From assembly GCA_964220215.1 (NCBI GenBank), contig CAXPTH010000023.1, positions 14,218 to 78,217 on the forward strand: DNA of 64,000 nt, read 5' to 3'. Shown here in pieces: positions 9,662 to 18,458 of the stretch. The translations under genes and the position numbers were made by a program. Under the pieces are notes generated by a model. The model was not told the DNA's origin, made no database searches, and worked only from the letters and a program-made list of their open reading frames with translations. The DNA is from Alteromonas sp. (GTDB lineage Bacteria > Margulisbacteria > Marinamargulisbacteria > UBA6595). Position 1 is the first letter of the stretch; each line of letters starts with the position of its first letter.

Positions 9662-10737
9662 TGGAAGCACAAGTAGAGAATCTGAAACTTTTCGTAGAGG
9701 AACCAATTCCAATCAAATCATTCAGCAAGGATAACAATAAAAATAGCATCACTATTTCATCTCTTTTTTCTGGGTGCGGAGGAATGGATTTAGGCTTTTA
9801 TCAAGAAGGGTTCAATATTCTATGGGCAAATGACTTCGATTCTAAAGCTTGTGATACCTATAGAAAAAATATTGGTAACCATGTTATATGCGAGGATATT
9901 ACAAAGCTTGATTATTCTCAAATTCCTAGTTCAGATCTGATACTAGGTGGATTTCCTTGCCAAGACTTTTCAATGATTTGGAAAAGGGAAGGCATTAACT
10001 CTAAGAGAGGTAATCTGTATAGAAATTTTGTTGAAATAGTTAAACAAAAAGAACCTCTTATGTTTGTTGCTGAAAATGTAAAGGGAGTCTTGACCGCAAA
10101 TAATAAAAAAGCCATTCAGCAAATTATTTCGGATTTTTCACATACCGGAAGTAAAGGTTACAGAACCAAAGCATATCTAGTTAACTTTGCTAATTATGGA
10201 GTTGCTCAACTCAGAGAGAGAGTATTAATAATTGGGGTCAGAAAAGATATTCATATAAACTTTGGTATTCCAGATCCAACTCATGATTCAAGTCGTTATT
10301 TGTCTTCAAAAGAAGCACTACATAATGTTGAAAATGTTCTGTTTAACAATGAACATCAAAACATTAAGTCAAATACAGTTGAAAAATTAAAATTGATACC
10401 TCCAGGAGGCAACTTCACTGATATACCTAAGGATTCCCCTCACTATGTTAAAGGAATGATTTCTCATGTATACCGAAGACTTCATCCTGATAAACCTTCC
10501 ACAACAATCATTGCAGCTGGAGGAGGTGGTACTTGGGGGTATCATTTTTTGGAGAATAGGCCTCTCACAAATAGAGAGAGAGCTCGTTTGTTTGGTTACC
10601 CTGACGACTTTGAATTTATAGGAAGCATTACTGATGTAAGAAGACAAATAGGCAATTCGGTTCCTCCTGAAGGTATACGCCCATTTGCAAGGAAAATAAA
10701 AGATTTCCTTTTGGAAGCAAAAAATTATGTTCACTAA
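9661..10737 (+). CDS. DNA (cytosine-5)-methyltransferase, M.NgoAVII/NgoFVII-like
   Basis: FSGCGG, GGFPCQDFS, ENVKG, QLRERV, RQIGNSVPP. The target-recognition segment YVKGMISHVYRR..TIIAAGGGGTWGYH resembles the GCSGC-specific NgoAVII/CglI methylases as I recall them. Confidence 0.93.
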   Translation: MEAQVENLKLFVEEPIPIKSFSKDNNKNSITISSLFSGCGGMDLGFYQEGFNILWANDFDSKACDTYRKNIGNHVICEDITKLDYSQIPSSDLILGGFPCQDFSMIWKREGINSKRGNLYRNFVEIVKQKEPLMFVAENVKGVLTANNKKAIQQIISDFSHTGSKGYRTKAYLVNFANYGVAQLRERVLIIGVRKDIHINFGIPDPTHDSSRYLSSKEALHNVENVLFNNEHQNIKSNTVEKLKLIPPGGNFTDIPKDSPHYVKGMISHVYRRLHPDKPSTTIIAAGGGGTWGYHFLENRPLTNRERARLFGYPDDFEFIGSITDVRRQIGNSVPPEGIRPFARKIKDFLLEAKNYVH

Positions 10738-11740
10738 TCTTGAGGACCATGGTGGTAATTTTAGAAATATATTAGAGACTGAATTTTCAAATGCACAAAA
10801 CGTTCAAATTGCTTCTGGTTATGCATCATTAGATTTAATCCAAGATTTTAGTGGAAGATTCAGAAATATAGCCTCACAAGGGGGGAATGCGAAGTTGCTT
10901 TTAGGCATGGCTTTCTATGAAGGTTTAGGTAAAAAAAAGCTTGATGCTGTAAATAAATTGCATTCGGAATTAAACTCCATAAATAAAAATTCTGGTGTGT
11001 ATGTAACAAATGGAAGGCGTTACCATGGCAAAGTTTATAGGTTTTATGACGAACACAGCTCGAAGGTTTACGTAGGTTCTTCAAATTTTTCTTTTAATGG
11101 CACAAGAGGAAACATTGAATGTACTGTTCCTGTAGTAGATGAAACACAGAGAGCCCAAGTTATTCATTTTTTAAATGATTTATATTCTAATTACTCTATA
11201 CCAATTGACCATGCAGAAATTATGGTTCCAGGCAAGGAAAATGCATTTTCAAAAAAAGTTGAACAGGCCTGGAAGTCAATCCAAACGTATGATACAGCTA
11301 CAATAGACCGCCACTCACTTCCTTATTTTGATTTAAATCTAGAGCATGTTGTTAAAAAAGAAAAATCTAGCCTCAACGTGTATTTTGGAAAAGGTAGATT
11401 AAACAATAAAACTGGAAAAATTGCACCTAGGCCATGGTATGAAATTGAGATTATTGCCAATAAAGATATTAACTCTTTGGAAATTTATCCAAAGGGAGAC
11501 TTTTTAGCATATACAGATGATGGATATGTCCTACCTATGCGAACTCAAGGTGACTACAATAAAAATATTCGTTCAAAAAAGAGCCTACAAATTTTTGGTA
11601 TTTGGCTTAAAGGAAAATTAGAACATAATGGTGCACTTAAAAAATATGAACCGGTTACCTTAGATGTTTTGGAAGAGTATGAAAGAAAGTCTTTGCGTCT
11701 ACATAAAATAAGTGAAGGAAACTATTTTATGAGTTTTTAA
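10727..11740 (+). CDS. PLD-family restriction endonuclease, NgoFVII/R.NgoAVII/R.CglI-like
   Basis: IASGY, YHGKVY...VGSSNFS (HKD-type PLD site); C-terminal SLNVYFGKGR, PRPWYEIE, TDDG, GDYNKNIRS, GIWLKGKLE. Overlaps the methylase stop. Confidence 0.88.
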   Translation: MFTNLEDHGGNFRNILETEFSNAQNVQIASGYASLDLIQDFSGRFRNIASQGGNAKLLLGMAFYEGLGKKKLDAVNKLHSELNSINKNSGVYVTNGRRYHGKVYRFYDEHSSKVYVGSSNFSFNGTRGNIECTVPVVDETQRAQVIHFLNDLYSNYSIPIDHAEIMVPGKENAFSKKVEQAWKSIQTYDTATIDRHSLPYFDLNLEHVVKKEKSSLNVYFGKGRLNNKTGKIAPRPWYEIEIIANKDINSLEIYPKGDFLAYTDDGYVLPMRTQGDYNKNIRSKKSLQIFGIWLKGKLEHNGALKKYEPVTLDVLEEYERKSLRLHKISEGNYFMSF

Positions 11741-11953
11741 ATTAGTTAGTAAACAAGAATGTAATGAACTCTAATTAAGTTCACGGTTTCAGGGTCACAC
11801 GTTGTACTTGTTCAAATAAAACACGCCAACAATACATCACTGCAACCAGCCTTTCAAAAACACCTTAGAGATGTTCAAGGAAGCAATTGGCATAAGTGTG
11901 GATACAAATAGCATTTTACGACATTGATTTAGAAAAGAAAATAGAAAGCAATC

Positions 11954-12028
11954 ATGGGTGACAAAGAAACCATACATAACACGGATTTTAAACCGGTCGA
12001 ATTCGACCGGTTTAGACTTATGATTTAA
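11954..12028 (+). pseudogene. KilA-N domain gene fragment
   Basis: Mini-ORF MGDKETIHNTDFKPVEFDRFRLMI*; resembles the WExxxNPDFKPxEFDGFR motif of bacterial KilA-N proteins. Confidence 0.55.
11989..12014. repeat. Perfect 26-bp palindrome TAAACCGGTCGAATTCGACCGGTTTA
   Basis: 13 of 13 pairs, centre between 12001 and 12002; lies 3 nt beyond the cinA stop. Confidence 0.97.
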
Positions 12029-13229
12029 ACGTCACCATTTGATGCAACACCGCAACGGCGGCTCGGCACTGAATTTGATCCCGTTGTCCCGAAAGCTGTA
12101 GCCGTTCGGTATGGGTCCCGGATTCCGTAGCGATTGCAATGTAAACGGTTCCCACCGGCTTTGCTTCGGTTCCGCCATCGGGGCCGGCAATACCGGTTGT
12201 TGCCAACCCAATGCTGGCACCGGTTTGATCTCGGATGGCTTCAGCCATGGCCGCTGCAACGGCGGAACTCACCGCACCATGCGCGTCAATTAGGGCCTTG
12301 TCTACGCCTAAAATGCGGACTTTAGACGCATTGCTATAGGCCACAACACCCGCCAATACCACCGATGAACTGCCCGGAACGGCCGTTAGTAGTTGAGCCA
12401 CACGCCCGCCGGTACACGACTCGGCCAGCGCCACCGTGTCTGACCGAGCCTGTAAGTACCGAACGATGGTTTCGCCAAACGTCTCAGCGGCTGTGGTATA
12501 CGCACAGTCTGCAAGTGCCGCTTGAATATGCGCGTGCACAGCCTCAGCCTCGGGTGTTGTGGTACAACACTGCACATGGACCTCTGGAAATGGTACTTGA
12601 TAGCGAATGGTGACGCCTTCGGGTAATGGGTACAACGGTGCCAGTCGATCCGCAATCTCCGATTCACCCACACCCACGCATTTGACAGTTGTAATAACCC
12701 GATGGTGCTGATGCTGGCGCCGATGGGCGTGAAGCCACGGCAACACCCACGTCTCTAGCATCGGCTGCATCTCCCGTGGAACACCCGGCAACAAAAACCA
12801 CTCGGTTATCCCGACGGTATGCTGAATACCCACAGCCGTTCCATTGGGATTGGGAATGGGCGTAGCCCCTTGGGGAATATCGGCTTGCTTCAAATTGCTA
12901 GCCGGCATGGTTCGGTTGCGTTTGGCATAAAACGCTCGCAAGCTCGCTTCAGTTGCCGCATCACGAACTAGCGGGACCGTTGCCATCTGTGCGAAGGCTT
13001 GCACGGTTCGATCATCGTCTGTTGGCCCAAGCCCACCCGTACACATGACCACATCCGCCTGCATGGCCCGCATGGTTTTGACTACGTCGTCTAAGGCATC
13101 GCCCACACACACGGTTTGATGCACGGAATACCCCGACTCCCATAGCATTTTAGCGATTGTTTGCTGATTGGTATTGGCAATGCGCCCGTCCAGCAATTCA
13201 TCGCCAATACAGAGCAGCCCAATGATCAC
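12018..13229 (-). CDS. cinA: Competence/damage-inducible protein A (MoCF-like domain plus NMN deamidase)
   Basis: IGDELLDG, GGLGPTDDD, LPGVPREM, AESCTGG, TGIAGPDGG, KPVGTV. Confidence 0.95.
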   Translation of the reverse strand: MIIGLLCIGDELLDGRIANTNQQTIAKMLWESGYSVHQTVCVGDALDDVVKTMRAMQADVVMCTGGLGPTDDDRTVQAFAQMATVPLVRDAATEASLRAFYAKRNRTMPASNLKQADIPQGATPIPNPNGTAVGIQHTVGITEWFLLPGVPREMQPMLETWVLPWLHAHRRQHQHHRVITTVKCVGVGESEIADRLAPLYPLPEGVTIRYQVPFPEVHVQCCTTTPEAEAVHAHIQAALADCAYTTAAETFGETIVRYLQARSDTVALAESCTGGRVAQLLTAVPGSSSVVLAGVVAYSNASKVRILGVDKALIDAHGAVSSAVAAAMAEAIRDQTGASIGLATTGIAGPDGGTEAKPVGTVYIAIATESGTHTERLQLSGQRDQIQCRAAVAVLHQMVTFKS

Positions 13230-13930
13230 TCATCCGTCTCCATGATCATCGTTAGCGTTTTTTGATAATTCAGCGCATCCACCTGTCCCACAGCCAATCG
13301 ACCGAGTTGGATAGGCCCGATGGTGTCGCGATGCAAGGCAATCACCCGATACCCCAAGGTATCAAACAACCGGCGAATGATTCGATTACGTCCCTGAGCA
13401 ATCACCACCCGATACCGGTTTTTACTCAACGATTCCAACCGTGTGAGACGCACGGGCCCATCATCCAAAAACAAGCCCCCCAACAAGCGGCGGCTATCCG
13501 AGGCCGTCACGGCATGGGCCAGTTGAACCACATACTGCTTGTCTATTTGATAGCGGGGATGCAAAATTTGGTTGGCTAGTTGCCCATCATTGGTGAGCAA
13601 CAACAACCCAGAGGTATCGCGATCCAACCGCCCCACTGGAAATACGGGCTCTGGAATGTGCCGACACACATCGGCCAAGCAGGGCCGGCCTCGCGGATCC
13701 GTCATGGTTGAAATGACCCCCACGGGCTTGTGGTATCGGTAGATGGCCATGCCAATAATCCCCGTCACACGAACCCCCCGAATTGAAATACGATCCACCG
13801 CAGGGTCAATGGTGATCCGCAAGGTCTGGCAAACCCGACCATTGCACTGAATGGCCCCCTGATTCAACTGATCATACACTTCGCGCCGGGTATACTCCGT
13901 ATACGCCACAAGATACTGATCCAATCGCAT
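13226..13930 (-). CDS. rRNA pseudouridine synthase, RsuA/RluB family
   Basis: N-terminal S4 domain, HKPVGV, PVGRLDRDTSGLLLLTNDG, GRNRIIRR. Confidence 0.92.
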   Translation of the reverse strand: MRLDQYLVAYTEYTRREVYDQLNQGAIQCNGRVCQTLRITIDPAVDRISIRGVRVTGIIGMAIYRYHKPVGVISTMTDPRGRPCLADVCRHIPEPVFPVGRLDRDTSGLLLLTNDGQLANQILHPRYQIDKQYVVQLAHAVTASDSRRLLGGLFLDDGPVRLTRLESLSKNRYRVVIAQGRNRIIRRLFDTLGYRVIALHRDTIGPIQLGRLAVGQVDALNYQKTLTMIMETDE

Positions 13931-13931
13931 A

Positions 13932-14369
13932 TTAGCGCACCGTATCCCGAAGCACCACGCGATTATTCTGCAACAACTTCAGCACGTGATTTTGGGGATC
14001 CAATTGCAAGTGGTCCGTCGTAATGAGCATCTCATCCGCCGATAATTGAACCTGATTATACGCGGCCAGCTGCCCGGATGTTAGTGCGTACGCCATTCGA
14101 TCAGCGGTTAACGCATACGCATCAATGCGGCCTTTCACGGCGTGCATCACCATACGGGGCTGTTGATCCAAAAACAGCTCCGCTTCCGTGGCACGCATTG
14201 CCAGCACATCCCGATCACGCTCTACATGGCGAATACGCACCCCCGCCATCACAATATTGGGGGTGCCTTCTGGAAGCAGCTGGGGCACATTTTCAAGTGT
14301 TGAATACTGAATAGCGACGGCAACAATCACCCCCAAACCGATCCCCAGAAGAAGCAACCACCTACTCAT
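13932..14369 (-). CDS. LptC-like LPS export periplasmic protein (putative)
   Basis: Single N-terminal TM helix followed by a beta-jellyroll-like repeat pattern (MRATEAEL, LTADRMAY, ITTDHLQLD). Start approximate. Confidence 0.55.
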   Translation of the reverse strand: MSRWLLLLGIGLGVIVAVAIQYSTLENVPQLLPEGTPNIVMAGVRIRHVERDRDVLAMRATEAELFLDQQPRMVMHAVKGRIDAYALTADRMAYALTSGQLAAYNQVQLSADEMLITTDHLQLDPQNHVLKLLQNNRVVLRDTVR

Positions 14370-15009
14370 CATCAGGGGTATCGGGATCGCCATAAATATG
14401 GCTTTGCGCCAACTTTTCTTCGGCTAAGAGAGAAGCAGCCCGAGCCCGGTGCGAAAAGGCCCGAAACCCTTTGTCTTTTGCCGCATACGCTTCGGCAATT
14501 AAAAAGTGAATTGCGGCCAGATCATAGTGTATATCCAAGGCCTGTTGGCACCAATCTAAGACCGCGTCGTAATCGTTGGCTTCCCCTCGAATTAAGCCAA
14601 TGTAGCCCATGGCCCAGACATGTTCCGGTTCCAAGTCCAAAACGGCATGAAACGCGGCCTCTGCAGCTTCTTTTTGCCCATCAAAATACAGGCCAAAGCC
14701 CAATTTAAAGGCGTGTTGCCATACTGCCGGCTCGGCTTTGCGCTTTGCTTGATAATACGCCACAATTTTTCCTGAGAAATCGGGGTCCAGCGCATCGACT
14801 TTTTTAAGCGTATCCAACCCCTTTAATACGCGACCCGTGTAGGCGTAGTTCATAGCCAATTCAAAATTCGCCGTTGCGCTATCGGGTGTTTCTTGGACCT
14901 GGCGATACAAAGCATGGTATTCTGTGACGGCCCAATCGGGCGGATAGTATACGCCAAATACTAAACTGGACACAAACACCCCAAGAATGCTGAGGTGTAT
15001 CGTCCGCAT
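14362..15009 (-). CDS. Exported tetratricopeptide-repeat protein
   Basis: Signal-peptide-like N-terminus; several TPR-like units (AEAAFHAVLDLEPEH, WCQQALDIHYD). Confidence 0.8.
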   Translation of the reverse strand: MRTIHLSILGVFVSSLVFGVYYPPDWAVTEYHALYRQVQETPDSATANFELAMNYAYTGRVLKGLDTLKKVDALDPDFSGKIVAYYQAKRKAEPAVWQHAFKLGFGLYFDGQKEAAEAAFHAVLDLEPEHVWAMGYIGLIRGEANDYDAVLDWCQQALDIHYDLAAIHFLIAEAYAAKDKGFRAFSHRARAASLLAEEKLAQSHIYGDPDTPDDE

Positions 15010-16829
15010 TATTGGGTTGAATGACTCAGCTTAGACAATAAGGTATTGGACCGTGCAATAAACGTTTGTAGGGATTCACCCGATACTTGCTGCTTGGATA
15101 ACCGTGCCAAGTCCACCACATGCAAACACAGGGATTGAACAAACTCGGCATCGGCATTGGATTGGCTGAGCCCCACAATATTTTGAATTAATGGGCTTTG
15201 ATTGTTAATCACCAACGTCATAATATCCAAGCCTGGCACTGAACCCGCCCCTTTCATGAAGTGCTGCATATTTTTTAGGCGTTTAATTTGTTCCGATTCG
15301 ATGAACATAGCGGACACGGTCTCCGACTTTAACGCTTTGACTTCTACCGTTGTGGTTTCGGTATCCAACACAGACTTAAACAGATCAACAATTTGATCAT
15401 CACGGGTTTGGTTGGTATCGTCAACGACTTGTGCCGATTTAGACGCATCCACCAAACTGTCATTCACCTCCGAATCCACGGATACGTACTGAATATCGGA
15501 CGCTTTGGATTCTAAAAACTGAACAAAATGGCTATCGATTAACGCATGGAAAAATAGCACTTCCAACCCCTGGTCTTGGCACATTGACACATAGGTTGCC
15601 TGCCGATCTTTATCTGCGCAGTACAAGACTTTTTTGCCCAGCTTATCGGTATTGCGTTCCATGTAGGCCGCCACGGTTGTGGTATGCCCGGACGACGACT
15701 CAAACAAGACATTGTCTTTCATTTTTTCGTAAAACTCTGCGTTTTGCATCATGCCGTATTTGATAAATGGGCTGATGTCCGGCCAGATTTTAGCATACTG
15801 ATCCGCATCGTTTTTATGCAATTGGCTAAGCTTATCCGCCACTTTTTTAACAATGTGCTTGGATATTTTTTGCACGTATGGGTCATTTTGCAAATAACTT
15901 CGGGACACATTTAGGGGAATGTCTGGGCAATCGATGGCGCCTTGAAGCAACGTCAAAAATTCAGGAATAACATCGCCGGCCTGATCGGACACAAAAATTT
16001 GCTTGCAGTATAGTTTGACCTGGCCTTTCGTTGCATCCAGTTCGTGCATCACTTTGGGGAAATATAAAATTCCGGTTAGATTGAATGGGTAATCGACGTT
16101 CAAATGAATCCAAAACAAGGGCTCTTCTTGAAAGGGGAACAAGGTTTTATAAAAGTCTTGGTAGGCCTCCGGCTTGGTATCACTGGGGGCTTGCGTCCAC
16201 AGGGGTTTTTGATGATTCGCTACCGTATCATTGACTGAAATGGGAACGGGCAAAAAGTTCGTGTATTTTTCAACCAATGTTTTTAACCGAGCTTCCTCTA
16301 AAAACGATTCGCTGTCCGCATTAATATGCAAGATAACATCCGTTCCGACGGTTGCTCGTGTCCCGGACTTCAGGGTGTAATTGGTGGTCCCATCGCAGGT
16401 CCACACGGCGGCCTCGGCATCATCCTTGTAAGACTTGGACTGTACCTCTACGGTGTCCGCAACCATGAACGCGGAATAAAAGCCCAGACCAAAGTGCCCA
16501 ATGATGCTGTTTTTATCAGACTCATCATCAAATTTAGCTAAAAACTCTTCGGCGCTTGAAAATGCAATTTGAGCCAAATACCGTTCCAGCTCATCGGCGT
16601 CCATACCCAGACCCGTATCTGAAATTGTGATGGTTTTTTTGTCTTTGTTAATGGCAATATGAATGGCGTGATCGGTAAACCCACCGGCAATTTGATTGCG
16701 TTTGGTAATGGCGTCATAGGCATTGGATACCAATTCTCTTAAAAAGACTTCGTGATCCGAATACAACCATTTTTTAATAACGGGGAAAATATTTTCGGTA
16801 TGAATCCCGATCGTACCCTTCTTTTCCAT
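15009..16829 (-). CDS. htpG: Chaperone HtpG (Hsp90)
   Basis: LYSDHEVFLRELVSNAYDA, DTGLGM, IGHFGLGFYSAFMVA, IPLNVSRSYLQ. AGGAGG RBS. Confidence 0.97.
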   Translation of the reverse strand: MEKKGTIGIHTENIFPVIKKWLYSDHEVFLRELVSNAYDAITKRNQIAGGFTDHAIHIAINKDKKTITISDTGLGMDADELERYLAQIAFSSAEEFLAKFDDESDKNSIIGHFGLGFYSAFMVADTVEVQSKSYKDDAEAAVWTCDGTTNYTLKSGTRATVGTDVILHINADSESFLEEARLKTLVEKYTNFLPVPISVNDTVANHQKPLWTQAPSDTKPEAYQDFYKTLFPFQEEPLFWIHLNVDYPFNLTGILYFPKVMHELDATKGQVKLYCKQIFVSDQAGDVIPEFLTLLQGAIDCPDIPLNVSRSYLQNDPYVQKISKHIVKKVADKLSQLHKNDADQYAKIWPDISPFIKYGMMQNAEFYEKMKDNVLFESSSGHTTTVAAYMERNTDKLGKKVLYCADKDRQATYVSMCQDQGLEVLFFHALIDSHFVQFLESKASDIQYVSVDSEVNDSLVDASKSAQVVDDTNQTRDDQIVDLFKSVLDTETTTVEVKALKSETVSAMFIESEQIKRLKNMQHFMKGAGSVPGLDIMTLVINNQSPLIQNIVGLSQSNADAEFVQSLCLHVVDLARLSKQQVSGESLQTFIARSNTLLSKLSHSTQ

Positions 16830-16843
16830 GTGAAAAACCTCCT

Positions 16844-18019
16844 TTAGTTTGTTAATGCGATTAAGCGAACCCGCTTAACCCCGTCTAAGGTCGTGATCTC
16901 GTCGACCAAGTTACTGGAAACATCGCCATCCAGGTCAATCAGTGTATAGGCAATGTTACCGCGGCTTTTATTCACCATTTCGGATATATTCAAGCCATTA
17001 TTGGCTAAAATAGACGTCACCTGCCCAATAATATTCGGGACGTTGTCATTGGTAATGGCCAATCGGTTTTTTCCGGTTGGTTCCATCGCACAGGTGGGGT
17101 AGTTAACCGAATTCACAATATTACCCAATGTTAAAAAGTCTTTCATTTGATTGGCAATCATAATGGCACAATTTTCTTCAGCTTCACGGGTGGATGCCCC
17201 CAAGTGTGGAATTGAAATAACTGAGGGATGCTCCACCAGCGTTTGCGATGGAAAATCGGTCAAGTACTGCTTAACGACATGGTTATTTAACGCGTCGGCC
17301 ATATCGGCTTCATCCACAATATCGGGCCGCGCAAAATTAAGAACGACGGTTCCGGGCTTCATATCCGCCATAATCGATGCATTAAAAAATGCTTGTGTTT
17401 CGGGTGTCGAAGGGACATGCAAGCTAATGTAATCCACTTTTTTTAGCAACGCTTTGATGCTTTCAACCCGGCGAACCTGAGGCGATAGGCTCCACGCCCA
17501 ATTAATGGAAATAAAGGGGTCTAGACCATAGACTTTCAAGCCAAAGTCAACCGCCGTGTTGGCTACCATGCTGCCAATCGCACCCAAGCCAATGACCCCG
17601 AGGGATTTTCCTTGCAATTCTTCACCACCAAATCGAGATTTGTTCTTCTCAACTTGCTCACCCAAGCTGGCATCCACCGGCAATGACTTGACGAACTCTA
17701 AGCCTCCCAAGACATCGCGGGATGACAACAACATACCCATAAAGACCAATTCTTTGACCGCATTGGCGTTGGCCCCAGGGGCATTAAACACAACAACGGC
17801 GTCATCGGTACACCGATCAACAGGAATATTGTTAACCCCCGCCCCTGCACGGCCAATGGCCAAAAGCTCAGGGTTAATTGTCATGTCGTGGAGCTTATGA
17901 CTACGCAAAACGATGGCTTCCGGGTCTGCAACATCTGCGCCAACATCACAAAAGCTCGATAATTTATCGATGCCGGATTCGGCAATTTTGTTGTAAACCC
18001 GAACCTTAAATTTAGCCAT
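16844..18019 (-). CDS. serA: D-3-phosphoglycerate dehydrogenase with C-terminal ACT domain
   Basis: RAGAGVNNIP, PGANANAVKE, GLGAIG, NFAR, PHLGAST, ACT segment NVPNIIGQVTSILA. Start moved to ATG 18019. Confidence 0.88.
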   Translation of the reverse strand: MAKFKVRVYNKIAESGIDKLSSFCDVGADVADPEAIVLRSHKLHDMTINPELLAIGRAGAGVNNIPVDRCTDDAVVVFNAPGANANAVKELVFMGMLLSSRDVLGGLEFVKSLPVDASLGEQVEKNKSRFGGEELQGKSLGVIGLGAIGSMVANTAVDFGLKVYGLDPFISINWAWSLSPQVRRVESIKALLKKVDYISLHVPSTPETQAFFNASIMADMKPGTVVLNFARPDIVDEADMADALNNHVVKQYLTDFPSQTLVEHPSVISIPHLGASTREAEENCAIMIANQMKDFLTLGNIVNSVNYPTCAMEPTGKNRLAITNDNVPNIIGQVTSILANNGLNISEMVNKSRGNIAYTLIDLDGDVSSNLVDEITTLDGVKRVRLIALTN

Positions 18020-18023
18020 TGGA

Positions 18024-18449
18024 CTACCGTTTTCGGAATTGTGGGGCTTTACGGGCACCACGCTTGCCGTATTTGCTTCGCTCTTTCACACGGGCATCCC
18101 GCACCAAAAAGTCATGCTGTTTTAATTCTGGCTTCAAGCTTGCATCGGTTTCAAGAATCGCACGGGCAACACCCAATTTTAATGCATCGGCCTGACCCGA
18201 CATCCCACCACCTTTCACGGTTGCTTTCACATCGTATTTACCGTCGATACCCATTTGAGTCAATGGGCTGGCTGCAATTTGGCGCAACATGTCTGAGGGC
18301 AAGTAGTCACTCACATCACGGCCATTAATTTCGAACCGTCCAGATCCTTTAAAAATCCATACACGAGCAACCGCTTCCTTACGGCGACCCGTTCCATAGA
18401 AGCTCTCGCTGGGTACTTTTAATTTTGTTTCTTTATCTTTTGTTGGCAT
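18024..18449 (-). CDS. rpsI: 30S ribosomal protein S9
   Basis: GTGRRKEAVARV, GGGMSGQA, GARKAPQFRKR. Confidence 0.98.
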   Translation of the reverse strand: MPTKDKETKLKVPSESFYGTGRRKEAVARVWIFKGSGRFEINGRDVSDYLPSDMLRQIAASPLTQMGIDGKYDVKATVKGGGMSGQADALKLGVARAILETDASLKPELKQHDFLVRDARVKERSKYGKRGARKAPQFRKR

Positions 18450-18458
18450 GATGACTCC

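Larger units (their letters stand above)
7926..12016. other. AT-rich defence islet (restriction-modification genes plus decayed relics)
   Basis: Abrupt drop in GC relative to the flanks; contains nuclease, methylase, restriction enzyme and pseudogene fragments between the FMN reductase gene and cinA. No integrase seen. Confidence 0.75.

Noticed and set aside
11989..12014. Rho-independent terminator call for the 26-bp palindrome
   Set aside because: No loop and no convincing U-tract on either strand; reported as a palindrome instead.
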